Shown piece after piece: positions 14,838 through 23,358 of a DNA stretch of 42,110 nt. This DNA comes from a virus, in the IMG/VR virus record IMGVR_UViG_3300048914_000085, one strand, 5' to 3'. The position numbers and the translations under genes are program-made. The first letter of the stretch is position 1; every line of letters begins with the position of its first letter. Below the pieces are notes generated by a model. It saw only the letters and a program-made list of their open reading frames with translations, did not search any database and was not told where the DNA came from.

Positions 14838-15319
14838 GGTTGGTCTCCGGTGATGGATAGGGCCCAATCGCGGCAGGCTAGGCCGAAGGATTGCCACTCG
14901 GCGGCGGCGCGCACGTCGCGCTCGTCCACGACAATGCCGGTGGACAGGTCCGCAGGAACGGGGGCAGGACTGGCTTGACCGATGGGCTCGGCGGGGCCGC
15001 TATGACCCTGGGGCTGCACGCGGTGCTGGCGAATAAAAGCATCAGTAGCAGCACGAGCGCTGGCAAGATCATCAATGTGTCGCCGATCGGCTTCGGCAGC
15101 TTGATGCGCATAGGTCGTCCTTTCCTGTGTCCGGAGCGCTTCCTGTGCCCGCTGGGCGGCCTGTGAGGCTTGCTGGCAGGCGTCCGCCCTCTGGTGCCAC
15201 TTGTGGGCGTCATGGCGCTGGTAGAGCCCCCACAGGGCCAGCAGGGCGATTGCGAGGAGCAGGGGATTGGCCTTGATCCAGCGCCAGACGGGCAGGAGAC
15301 GAGCGAGCAGCAGCATCAT
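14834..15319 (-). CDS. i-spanin (Rz-like), 161 aa
   Basis: N-terminal TM segment (ANPLLLAIALLALWGLY), a coiled-coil middle, and position after the endolysin and holin-like gene. Trimmed to the MM at 15319. Confidence 0.65.
   Translation of the reverse strand: MMLLLARLLPVWRWIKANPLLLAIALLALWGLYQRHDAHKWHQRADACQQASQAAQRAQEALRTQERTTYAHQAAEADRRHIDDLASARAATDAFIRQHRVQPQGHSGPAEPIGQASPAPVPADLSTGIVVDERDVRAAAEWQSFGLACRDWALSITGDQP
14878..15111 (-). CDS. o-spanin (Rz1-like lipoprotein) fully embedded in the i-spanin gene in another frame (77 aa)
   Basis: MRIKLPKPIGDTLMILPALVLLLMLLFASTAC followed by a Pro-rich mature part. AGGAAAGGA SD upstream of ATG 15111. The lipobox (STA-C) is imperfect. Confidence 0.55.
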   Translation of the reverse strand: MRIKLPKPIGDTLMILPALVLLLMLLFASTACSPRVIAAPPSPSVKPVLPPFLRTCPPALSWTSATCAPPPSGNPSA

Positions 15320-15567
15320 CCCGCACCTTCGTTCTGGGCCTTGGCGACCTGCCGATCCTTGAGTGCAATCGCGCCTGCCGCCGCACCGAGACACGCCGCA
15401 AGTCCCGCCGGATAGGCGATGCAGAACGTGTCGAAGGTAACCGTAACCTTACCTGTCCAGACCAGCGCCGGGGCTGTCACGATATAGGTGGTGGTGCCGA
15501 GTGCGCCGAGAATGCGGCCGATTTCGAATTCACCGGAGATGCCGCGAAGGGCGTTCATGATGCTCAT
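15316..15567 (-). CDS. Holin-like two-TM membrane protein (83 aa)
   Basis: ATGA overlaps with the endolysin stop and the i-spanin start. TM candidates IGRILGALGTTTYIVTAPALVW and FCIAYPAGLAACLGAAAGAIAL. Confidence 0.5.
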   Translation of the reverse strand: MSIMNALRGISGEFEIGRILGALGTTTYIVTAPALVWTGKVTVTFDTFCIAYPAGLAACLGAAAGAIALKDRQVAKAQNEGAG

Positions 15568-15998
15568 GCGTCTGCTCCATAGAGCGCGGCTTCGGCGGCG
15601 CGGCGGCGGGTGAGGCCGGGCAGCACGCGGCCACCAGCCTTGTCCCATCGGGCGAACTGCGCCTGCGCAGCGGCGTATTGCCCCGCGTTGTGCAGGCGGC
15701 GCAGCGTGGAGTTTTCGAGGTTGTGCAGGCCGAGGTTGTAGGCGAACGAGACCAGCGCCGAGAACTGATTGGGGGTGCAGGTCGGGCACAGGCCGGCAAC
15801 ACCTTGTTCGAACAGCCGCAGGTCGTTGATCAGGAAGCCCTCGGCCTGGTCCTGGGTGATCGTCATGCCCATCTGCACGTCGCGGCCCGTGTGGCCGTAG
15901 CCGATGGTCGGAACGCCTGCGGGGCAGAGATACGCCTTGAGCTTGCATCCCTCGAACTGGCGGATGAGGTCAACGCCCGGCCTGTTCGTGCGCATCAT
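15564..15998 (-). CDS. GH24 lysozyme-type endolysin (144 aa), soluble with no SAR segment
   Basis: DLIRQFEGCKLKAYLCPAGVPTIGYGHT contains the E-x8-(D/C)-x5-T catalytic pattern of T4/P21-type lysozymes. Track ORF trimmed to the MM at 15998. Confidence 0.8.
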   Translation of the reverse strand: MMRTNRPGVDLIRQFEGCKLKAYLCPAGVPTIGYGHTGRDVQMGMTITQDQAEGFLINDLRLFEQGVAGLCPTCTPNQFSALVSFAYNLGLHNLENSTLRRLHNAGQYAAAQAQFARWDKAGGRVLPGLTRRRAAEAALYGADA

Positions 15999-16168
15999 CC
16001 CTGCCCCCCGATCCGCATTGCCAGAGATTGCAAATCGTAGGGCACCGGCTCGACCGGGTAGGCGAGGCGCAAGCGCTGGGTCATCAGGCACCGCTCGGTG
16101 CATATCTCCATCAGCCGGTGGACAGCCTCGGTGCGTTGCTCGAGCGCGGCCTTGCCATCAGCGCACAT
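15995..16168 (-). CDS. Small hypothetical lysis-cassette protein (57 aa)
   Basis: Hand translation MCADGKAALEQRTEAVHRLMEICTERCLMTQRLRLAYPVEPVPYDLQSLAMRIGGQG. GAAAGG SD. ATGA overlap with the endolysin start. Confidence 0.45.
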   Translation of the reverse strand: MCADGKAALEQRTEAVHRLMEICTERCLMTQRLRLAYPVEPVPYDLQSLAMRIGGQG

Positions 16169-16337
16169 GGTTGAGCCTTTCGGAAAGCTGGGTGAGGGCT
16201 TTCGCCATCTCGATGTCAGCGGCCGTGCGGGCGGCGTCGAGCTTGTCGCGGGTGGTCTGGTTCCACACCAGGTAGCCGACGAACGGCCCCGCCATGCCGA
16301 ACTGCTTCGCGAATTCGATGATGTCAGTCCAAGTCAC
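16158..16337 (-). CDS. Small lysis-cassette protein (59 aa, GTG start)
   Basis: GTGA overlap with the upstream stop. Product VTWTDIIEFAKQFGMAGPFVGYLVWNQTTRDKLDAARTAADIEMAKALTQLSERLNHVR. Confidence 0.45.
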   Translation of the reverse strand: MTWTDIIEFAKQFGMAGPFVGYLVWNQTTRDKLDAARTAADIEMAKALTQLSERLNHVR

Positions 16338-16453
16338 TCGCGCCCCCGCTCGATGTGGTTACAGATGGTGTTCGCCAGCCACAGCTCGATGGCGAGGTGA
16401 GCAGCAAAGATGAGAGCGGCAGCCGCCAGGAACCCGGCGGCAAACAGCGTCAC
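16334..16453 (-). CDS. Small single-TM protein (39 aa, GTG start)
   Basis: Product VTLFAAGFLAAAALIFAAHLAIELWLANTICNHIERGRE. First ORF of the tightly coupled chain, with a weak SD. Confidence 0.35.
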   Translation of the reverse strand: MTLFAAGFLAAAALIFAAHLAIELWLANTICNHIERGRE

Positions 16454-16566
16454 CGTACTGACTCGAAATGCTGCGAAAATGGTGATTCACAGATGCGCTT
16501 ATTCGAGGCGCTGAATCCACAATTACTCATGAATCTGCGCCCCTGCTCATGCGTTAGCCTTGTACC

Positions 16567-16683
16567 ATGTCACGCTTGCTTTTGCTCGCCTTCGGCCTTG
16601 CTGTATTCACAGCGGCGTTTTCGCACACGCTCGCCCTGATGGATCAGGCGAGCGCGGTTCTCGCGCGGGAATTGCCGCGATGA
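16567..16683 (+). CDS. Possible small membrane or signal-peptide-like ORF (38 aa) on the opposite strand
   Basis: Product MSRLLLLAFGLAVFTAAFSHTLALMDQASAVLARELPR. ATGA-coupled to the next plus-strand ORF. No SD is seen. Confidence 0.25.
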   Translation: MSRLLLLAFGLAVFTAAFSHTLALMDQASAVLARELPR

Positions 16684-16820
16684 AGTGGGCCGCGGACCTT
16701 ACCCCAGCCCAAGCGAGCATCTGTCTCGGCGTGTTCTGGTTTACGCTGATCGGGGCGATGCTGTTGGCGTGGGGCTTTCGGTGGTGGAACGTCAGGACAG
16801 CCCGGTCAGATCGAGCGTGA
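16680..16820 (+). CDS. Possible small TM protein (46 aa) on the opposite strand
   Basis: Product MKWAADLTPAQASICLGVFWFTLIGAMLLAWGFRWWNVRTARSDRA. Its 3' end overlaps the fibre gene by 29 nt. Confidence 0.3.
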   Translation: MKWAADLTPAQASICLGVFWFTLIGAMLLAWGFRWWNVRTARSDRA

Positions 16821-17940
16821 GGATCATCGCCTTGGCAACCACGGCTGCCTGGTTGGTCGTCTCCCCGTGACGTTCGATTGCCTGCGTCCGTGAACTCGCC
16901 GCATAGGAGGTTAGCTGATGGGTGAAGCCGGATAGCCAGCGCCCCGCGACGGTGGTGCTTTGCGATTCGGCAATGTTTTCACCGACGACCGTCCCCCCAT
17001 CCGAGAGCCGGGTGTAGTTCGATTGGGTCGCACTGTTGCTGCCGATGCCCCAGGCTGCAATCGCGAGGTGCGATGCCGCCGCAGGGGTGAACGTCTGCGT
17101 GAGGGCGGTCGTGTAGGTGGTCTCGGTTCCGCTGCTGTCGGCTGCCAGTGTGGTCTTGTAACTGTTGGCATAGCGGTTGAGGCGGATCGTCAGGACGCGG
17201 ATGTTGCTGATGCCGGTCGTAGCGCCGAGCCCGCTGCGATATTTGACCGTTATCGACTTGCTCCCGGAGACCGAGCCCATGTCGATGAGGCATACGATCG
17301 GATAACGGCGCGTACTCGTCGTGGCCGCCGGAACCAGTTCAGAGATCGTAGTGGTGCCGTCGCTGACCTCGAACCGGATGTCGTTGTTGCTGCCGTCCAG
17401 ATCAAAGCTGACCAACGCCACATAGCTGCCCGTATCGCTGAACGTGTGGGTTGCTGCGGTCTGGAACGAGGTCGAGGTGGTGGTCTGCCGGGTCAGGCTC
17501 TCCGTCGTGTAATCGTGCGTTGCGTCGAGCGCGAGATAGGTGATCCGCAGATTGCTGAGCGTAATCGTTCCAGAAGCAGTCTTGGCCTGGACTGCGAACG
17601 GGCCATCGGTCCCGGTCGCGGTGTAGAACGCAAAACCCCCGAACTGGAGCTTGTCGATGATGGTCGTGGATCGCACAGGCCGGATGATCTGCTCATCCAC
17701 CGAGGAACCGTTGACGGTAAGCTGAAGGGAACCGTCAGCCGCCCCGCCGAATTGTGCATCGGCTGACCAGATCAGCAGGTACTTGCGCCCGCTCACCAGT
17801 GTCGGCGAGGTCGTGATCTTGTCGGCATAGGTCGTGTTGGTGGCCGCTGCGCCGGAGAGGCTTTCGACGGTGCCGTAGTAGGGCGAGGCTCCGCCTGCCG
17901 CCGCCGAGAAGCCTACCATCCGGGACAAAGCGCCGCCCAT
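16792..17940 (-). CDS. Distal tail-fibre / receptor-binding-like protein with three internal repeats (382 aa)
   Basis: Ser/Thr-rich. Three segments of about 115 aa each run from a hydrophobic strand (YLLIWSA / YVALVSF / HLAIAAW) to a strand such as ITLSNLRITYLAL / ISNIRVLTIRL / AKAMILTLDL. Last virion gene before the lysis cassette. Confidence 0.5.
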   Translation of the reverse strand: MGGALSRMVGFSAAAGGASPYYGTVESLSGAAATNTTYADKITTSPTLVSGRKYLLIWSADAQFGGAADGSLQLTVNGSSVDEQIIRPVRSTTIIDKLQFGGFAFYTATGTDGPFAVQAKTASGTITLSNLRITYLALDATHDYTTESLTRQTTTSTSFQTAATHTFSDTGSYVALVSFDLDGSNNDIRFEVSDGTTTISELVPAATTSTRRYPIVCLIDMGSVSGSKSITVKYRSGLGATTGISNIRVLTIRLNRYANSYKTTLAADSSGTETTYTTALTQTFTPAAASHLAIAAWGIGSNSATQSNYTRLSDGGTVVGENIAESQSTTVAGRWLSGFTHQLTSYAASSRTQAIERHGETTNQAAVVAKAMILTLDLTGLS

Positions 17941-18818
17941 CAGGTGAGCCCCGAACCCGAGATCAACCAGGTCGTGCTCGTCAGCTTGACCGCCGTCGCC
18001 ACCCCGTATTGCGCGAGGCTGCGGCTTCCGGTCGTCCCGGCCCCGGCCAGATAAAGCGTGTCGGAGGTGATCGCTATGGTGACCACTTGGCTGGTCATGT
18101 TGCAGAAGGTCAGGATCGTCCCGATCGGATAGGCGACATTGGCATTGCTATCGATGGTGAAGGTGCGGGCGTTGGCATCGGTCGAGGGATGCAGGATCAT
18201 CTTGCCCACATCGCTCATGACCGTGGTGTAGGCGGTGGATTGGCTGTTGACCGGGACGCCGAGGTAGCCGACCGCGTTGGTGGCCGGGGACGATGCCGGG
18301 GTCAGGTTTGCGCCGGCCGAGAATGTCGCCAATGCGCTGTCGGTCTGTGCGGCCGACCATGTGTTGGCCCCATCGGTCAGGGCGACCTTGGTTCCGCTGG
18401 TCCCGGTATCCACCGTGGCTGACGTGCCGAGACCAAGCCCGGTGGACCGCATCGCCGATTGCGTCGTCTGCGCCAATAGCGTCAAAGCCACCGCCGTGGG
18501 CTGGATGGCAGCGGCCGGACTCGCGATGACCCACTTGGTGCCGGCGGCGAAACTGACCGCTGAACCGCTGTTGGTTGAGGCGAGCGGCGTTGTGCGGGTC
18601 AGGGTATTGGTGCCGGAATATGTACCGAGCCCGGTCTCCCATTCGCCGGTCGGGGTGCCGTTCGCGTCTACTGCGAAGATCGAATAATAGATCGTGTCGC
18701 TGGTCGAACAGACGGCCGAGAACCGCTGGAACCCGGTGATCGCCCCTGCCAAGGTAAACGCGCCGGTCCCCGTGCTGGTGGAGGTTTCCAGCACGCGGTC
18801 GCCCCACTTGAGCGCCAT
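17940..18818 (-). CDS. Tail fibre protein (292 aa)
   Basis: AGGAGGG SD. N-terminal ETSTSTGTGAFTLAGAITGFQRF...GEWETGLGTY and a C-terminal Gly/Thr-rich region, as in phage fibres. Confidence 0.55.
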   Translation of the reverse strand: MALKWGDRVLETSTSTGTGAFTLAGAITGFQRFSAVCSTSDTIYYSIFAVDANGTPTGEWETGLGTYSGTNTLTRTTPLASTNSGSAVSFAAGTKWVIASPAAAIQPTAVALTLLAQTTQSAMRSTGLGLGTSATVDTGTSGTKVALTDGANTWSAAQTDSALATFSAGANLTPASSPATNAVGYLGVPVNSQSTAYTTVMSDVGKMILHPSTDANARTFTIDSNANVAYPIGTILTFCNMTSQVVTIAITSDTLYLAGAGTTGSRSLAQYGVATAVKLTSTTWLISGSGLT

Positions 18819-18991
18819 CAATCCCTCCTGATTTTCTGTGAGTAGACGTGCGCCTGCGTGAGCGCGACCGAGCCGTCAGAGCCGGGTGCCAGCAGAACAT
18901 ACATTGTGACTTTGGAGGTCGAGATATTGTCGGTCGGCGGTCCTAGCGAGACAAACTCGATGACCTTGGATACGTCGATTTCATTGGCCAT
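18818..18991 (-). CDS. Small virion-module protein (57 aa)
   Basis: Track ORF trimmed to Met29, with an ATGA overlap upstream. Confidence 0.45.
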   Translation of the reverse strand: MANEIDVSKVIEFVSLGPPTDNISTSKVTMYVLLAPGSDGSVALTQAHVYSQKIRRD

Positions 18992-20001
18992 CAGGTGATC
19001 GCCTTTACGCCGAACTGGACTGCCGAAATCTGCGCGGTCTGCCAATCTGCGGTCGTGTTGGGGTTCTGCTCCCAAACATTGCCGTGGGCATCGTATCCGA
19101 CATCAAGCGCAAGCGAGCTGCTGAAGTAGTTTGTGCTGCCCGAGCGGAGCGCAATCTGGAGGTTCTGCGGCCCCGAAGCCCCGCATTTTGCGCGGGCATA
19201 GACTCCTACAGCGCGAACGACATATCCCGTCAGGGATGGGACTGTTCCGACGAACAGTTCAATCTGGCCATTGGTCGCAGAATAACAGAAATCCGCATCC
19301 GAATAGACGGCTTCATCGACGTCGGTGTAATCGCCAGTCCAGTCGCCGGTCGTACCGGCCCCCGCTGGCGGGACGGTGGTAACCCGCATTCCAACGGTTG
19401 GCTCGTCGGCAATGACAATCTGTGAGAAATAGTTGCTTTCGCTCGTTACGACGGTCCGCCCGTATCCCTGCATCTTGTTCATCGACGCAACGCCGGAAAG
19501 ATCGATCGAACCACTGTCGATGCGCTTGGTCCCGCCCACATACAGTTTCGCCGATCCCGAGGCGCTGTTCACAACCAGGCCAAGGTCGAATGTCTGCATC
19601 GCCAGCGATGTGCTGGAAGCACTATTGGCGTTCAGTGGGATCTCCGCATCGACCAGCGTCCATACGCTCGACGCGTTGCGTTCAAGCCGAAGGGTTTGGC
19701 CGTAGATCGAACCCTTGAGCCGGAACTGCGCGACCCCGGAGTCATCATGGAAGATGGCCCATACCTGTTGGCTTGAGGAGGTCTGCGCGGCGCGGCCAAT
19801 AAAGTTGAAGTGATACCAGATGGTCGTTTGCCCGCCCACTGAGGGCGTCTCGAAATACGATGACCCCCCGAGGCAGCGAATTGCGCAGCGATGGAATCCA
19901 TCCGAAAAGGAAAATCCGCCACCATCCGTGGTCGCCTCGATCACATTGGCATCCGATGGAATGACCGAGCCGATCTCGCCGCCCATGAACAATATGGTCA
20001 C
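18991..20001 (-). CDS. Tail-associated structural protein (336 aa)
   Basis: Beta-rich composition, within the virion operon. No family recognised. Confidence 0.45.
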   Translation of the reverse strand: MTILFMGGEIGSVIPSDANVIEATTDGGGFSFSDGFHRCAIRCLGGSSYFETPSVGGQTTIWYHFNFIGRAAQTSSSQQVWAIFHDDSGVAQFRLKGSIYGQTLRLERNASSVWTLVDAEIPLNANSASSTSLAMQTFDLGLVVNSASGSAKLYVGGTKRIDSGSIDLSGVASMNKMQGYGRTVVTSESNYFSQIVIADEPTVGMRVTTVPPAGAGTTGDWTGDYTDVDEAVYSDADFCYSATNGQIELFVGTVPSLTGYVVRAVGVYARAKCGASGPQNLQIALRSGSTNYFSSSLALDVGYDAHGNVWEQNPNTTADWQTAQISAVQFGVKAIT

Positions 20002-20630
20002 TGCACTTCCCCTTCCAGAACCAGCGAGAAGTCGGCAGCGACCCCGACGCCGTCAGGGGCGATGAAGGTCAGTTTGTCGCCCACCGCATAGGCAACCGTG
20101 ACGTGCGAGGTGGTGGCAAACGTATAGTCGCCCCCCGTGCCGATGACGGCCGTGCCCACTTCCACATCGTTCTTGCGCACGGAAATGATATAGTCCGCGC
20201 CCGGATTGGACTGGACCGCGCCGTCCGCGCCCTCGAAATCGATCGGAAACAGTACGTCATCGGTGAAGATATGCCCGCCCATGAAACCCTGGGCTCCCGG
20301 CGTGCCCTGAAAGGTCATGTGGACGAGGTACGATTGCCCGCTGGTCTCCGATGCGGTGCCGATGACGATGTTGTCGTAAGTGGCGATGATCTCGTCGTTC
20401 GCGTCGGTTAGCACGAACTTGTAGGCAACCCCGTTGGTGACGCGCACTGTCGCCCGACCCGCCGCGTTGAGAACCACCGGGTTGGTGTTCGGGGTGACCC
20501 CGAGCAAGTCCTGGTAGGTGGCGAGGTCGGTGGTGGTGCCCGCCTCGTAGGTGTAGATCTTGCCGCCCGCCAGCACGTCGCCATAGTCGTCCATGGCTTG
20601 CAGCAGCAGGGGTGCGAATGACGTGGCCAT
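19998..20630 (-). CDS. Tail-associated protein with a tailspike-type N-terminal motif (210 aa)
   Basis: GDVLAGGKIYTYEAGTTTDLATYQDLLGVTPNTNPVVLNAAGR resembles the N-termini of podovirus tail or spike proteins. Confidence 0.45.
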   Translation of the reverse strand: MATSFAPLLLQAMDDYGDVLAGGKIYTYEAGTTTDLATYQDLLGVTPNTNPVVLNAAGRATVRVTNGVAYKFVLTDANDEIIATYDNIVIGTASETSGQSYLVHMTFQGTPGAQGFMGGHIFTDDVLFPIDFEGADGAVQSNPGADYIISVRKNDVEVGTAVIGTGGDYTFATTSHVTVAYAVGDKLTFIAPDGVGVAADFSLVLEGEVQ

Positions 20631-20697
20631 TCACGGTCCTTTCGGGTAAAGTGGGGGGATGCGGACGGTGTTGCGCCCGAAGTTCTGGCTGTGGGCG

Positions 20698-23358
20698 CTA
20701 CTGCTGTGGTGGTACGCGCCGAGCGTCGTTTTCCTGTTGAGTGGAGGCCGCCACGCTGCCTGGTGACTGCGCGAGCGATCCGCGCAGCGCATTGGCAAAG
20801 GCGGCATTGTCGTTCGCCGCAATCGAGGCGATGCCCGACACCCGCGAAAGCCATGCGTTGATGGCGTGCGGGTTGTTGGTGTTTGGCGCGTTGCGCAAGG
20901 CCTTGGTGAAGTCGGGATTAAGCAGCATCCGCGCCGCGCGCTGTTCTCCCCACTTGGCGATCATTTCCCGCCCGACCGCACCTGCCGCCGCTCCGCCGGG
21001 GCCGCCAGCCCCAAACCCGAGAGCCGCCATCAGCATGGTCTTGAGTGAGTTGCCCGCGCGCTCCACCGCCTTGCCCGAGGGGGCCTGCCGCGCCATCGCA
21101 TCGGTCTTGGCGTTCGCGATAAGCTGGAGGTCGCGGAGCGCCGCCTTGCCTTGTGCGCCGACCACCGCGCTCAGGGTGCGGTCGCTGACCTTCTCCATGT
21201 TCTTGGCAAAGACCGCCGGGCTGAACTCGCCGCGCTGGTTGGCCCCCCAGTTCTGGACAAAGGTCGCGGCAAAATCAGCGCGTTCCTCAGGGGAGGCCAT
21301 CGCCATGAACCGGCGCAGCGCCGAGTAGTTGTTGATGGTGGTCGCGTTGAGTGCGCGGGCCGCACTCTCCGGGGTCGCATCTCCCCGCTTGCCGAGAAAC
21401 AGCCCGGTCACCTCGCGTTGCACCCGCTTGTATTGCGACCATTTCGCGTCCGCGCGCTGGAGCGCATCGGCGGCCTGAGGGTTCGTCGCGCGAAGCGAGG
21501 AATGCAGTTCGTTGGCGGCCACGTCGAGAACTTCGGTGAAAGTCCGGTCGGCGCGCGAACGGTCCTGCATGTTGTCCCCGATCCGACCGCCAACGGTCTC
21601 GCGCTGTGCCTGAAGTGAGCGCACCGAGAGCCCGGTTTGCAGCAGATCGGACTTCATGCCTTCCAGCGCCCGCACCTCGGCGTCATAGCCGGTGGGCGAT
21701 GCGGCCTTGAGGTCTGCGATCTTGGCGTCGATGAACGCGGCGGTCTGGGTCGGCGGGGCAGTGAAGCCCGGGGCGGCGCGCTCCACTCGCTTGTAAAGCG
21801 CAGAGGCCGAAGCCTTGACGTTGCCCTGTCCACGCTCTGCAACACCCTGTACGGACTGCCCGAGCGCGGTGTTGTCGGCGCGGTCGTAGGGCCGACCGCC
21901 AGCAATATCGGCCGCGCGCTGCTCAATCGCTGCCGCATCACCTTCCCGAGCAGCCTGAATCATCGGCCCGCCGCCTGCGGTGGACTCGGCCGCTGCATAC
22001 TTGCCGCGCAGTTCGGGGCGCACGTCGGGTTGGCGCATCGGAATGCCTTGTCGCTGCCCCGCCTCGATAACTGCTGTGTCAGCCTGTGCGGGCGCGCCGC
22101 GCCGGAACGGAATGCGGCCAAGGCCATACAGCCCGCCGCCAATCACTCCACCAGCAAGGCCCCCGCCGATTGCGCCGCCTACGCTGCCCGGCGCACCTTC
22201 ACCATATCCGAAGCCGCCGATGCTTCCGATCTTGGCGGCATCACCCACAACTTGCCCGAGCGAGGCAGCACCTTGGGCTGTGCGGACAGCGCCGCCACCC
22301 CCTGCGAGTTCCGCGAGCGTGCCCATAATTGGCCATGCCTGCCGGGATTTGTCCACGAAGGCACGTTCAGCGTCGCGTTCCCGCGTATAGGCGGCGCTCG
22401 GGTCTTGGCCCGTAATAAGCCCGCTCAGATAACCACCCACACCGGCCGCTTCGTCCGCGAGGCCAAGCGTGACGCCCTGCCTTGCCAACGCCCCAAGACC
22501 CGACAGGCTGTTGGGATCGCGCCCGAAAGGGTTTGGGGTCTGAGGGCCGGGGGGAAGGGGGGGAGGCGTCTGCCCACCAGTCGGAGGGCTGGTGTCGGTA
22601 ACGCTTCCCGCGATACCGAGATAGTTGCCCGACTCATCATAGGCTCCGCCATCCTGCACGGTCGCGGGGGCGGGGGTAGCCTTTCCCGTAGGTTCCGCCA
22701 GTGCCTGCATGTACGGCGCAATGGCCGGTTCAACCTGCGCCCACGCTGGACCGGCGTTGGCCTTCGCCGCCTCAATCAGCCGGGTGAGGCGCTGGCTCTT
22801 TAGCTGCTTCTCGGCGTCGGTATCACCATACTGCGGGAAATAGGCCGCCGTCTGCCCGGTCAGCTGCTCCTTGTTGTAGGCCGCGCCGGTGCCGAGAGTA
22901 AGCAGGGCGTCCAGCACATCGACTTGAGAGTCGTAGACCGAGCGGCGATTAGCCCCGGCGATGCCGCGAACCACTGGCGACATGATCCCGCCAGGGGAAA
23001 GCCCATCGGGCCGAATGGCTTCGATCAGCCCGGGCTCTTGCGCTGAGGGGTCAGTCTTGGCGATGCCTTGAATGTCATTGAAGCCCCCGGCAATGCGGGT
23101 CAGCAGGGTGGCCACCTTCTGCTGGGCTTCAGTGGGTTTTCCGCCATCGACTTTCTGCGACCCGTCAGGATTGTGGTTCGCGTTCCACTCGCGCTGCTTC
23201 TGATCAAACTCCGCTTGCGAACGTGCCGCAGCCTCCTCCTGCAACTGCTGGTCACGGATTTGCAGCGGCGTCGGGGCCTTGGGCACACCGGGGATAAAGC
23301 CACGGCGCTGTGGAGACCCGATCTCCTCGAAATCGGCCCACGGATCGGTTTGCGACAT
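20698..23358 (-). CDS. Large internal virion / DNA-ejection protein (886 aa)
   Basis: Its size, Gly-rich hydrophobic tracts (GGAIGGGLAGGVIGGGLYGLG) and position match the P22 gp16/gp20-type ejection genes. Confidence 0.5.
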   Translation of the reverse strand: MSQTDPWADFEEIGSPQRRGFIPGVPKAPTPLQIRDQQLQEEAAARSQAEFDQKQREWNANHNPDGSQKVDGGKPTEAQQKVATLLTRIAGGFNDIQGIAKTDPSAQEPGLIEAIRPDGLSPGGIMSPVVRGIAGANRRSVYDSQVDVLDALLTLGTGAAYNKEQLTGQTAAYFPQYGDTDAEKQLKSQRLTRLIEAAKANAGPAWAQVEPAIAPYMQALAEPTGKATPAPATVQDGGAYDESGNYLGIAGSVTDTSPPTGGQTPPPLPPGPQTPNPFGRDPNSLSGLGALARQGVTLGLADEAAGVGGYLSGLITGQDPSAAYTRERDAERAFVDKSRQAWPIMGTLAELAGGGGAVRTAQGAASLGQVVGDAAKIGSIGGFGYGEGAPGSVGGAIGGGLAGGVIGGGLYGLGRIPFRRGAPAQADTAVIEAGQRQGIPMRQPDVRPELRGKYAAAESTAGGGPMIQAAREGDAAAIEQRAADIAGGRPYDRADNTALGQSVQGVAERGQGNVKASASALYKRVERAAPGFTAPPTQTAAFIDAKIADLKAASPTGYDAEVRALEGMKSDLLQTGLSVRSLQAQRETVGGRIGDNMQDRSRADRTFTEVLDVAANELHSSLRATNPQAADALQRADAKWSQYKRVQREVTGLFLGKRGDATPESAARALNATTINNYSALRRFMAMASPEERADFAATFVQNWGANQRGEFSPAVFAKNMEKVSDRTLSAVVGAQGKAALRDLQLIANAKTDAMARQAPSGKAVERAGNSLKTMLMAALGFGAGGPGGAAAGAVGREMIAKWGEQRAARMLLNPDFTKALRNAPNTNNPHAINAWLSRVSGIASIAANDNAAFANALRGSLAQSPGSVAASTQQENDARRVPPQQ

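Noticed and set aside
15564-15998. A SAR (signal-anchor-release) endolysin
   Set aside because: The N-terminus from the likely start (MMRTNRPGVDLIRQFEG) has no hydrophobic segment. The longer upstream extension of the track ORF overlaps the preceding small gene and is Arg/Pro-rich.
16450-16530. A 26-aa minus-strand ORF (MSNCGFSASNKRICESPFSQHFESVR) whose TGA overlaps the GTG of the first lysis-cassette ORF
   Set aside because: It is too short, has no SD and has no distinctive composition. It is only noted as a possible leader peptide.
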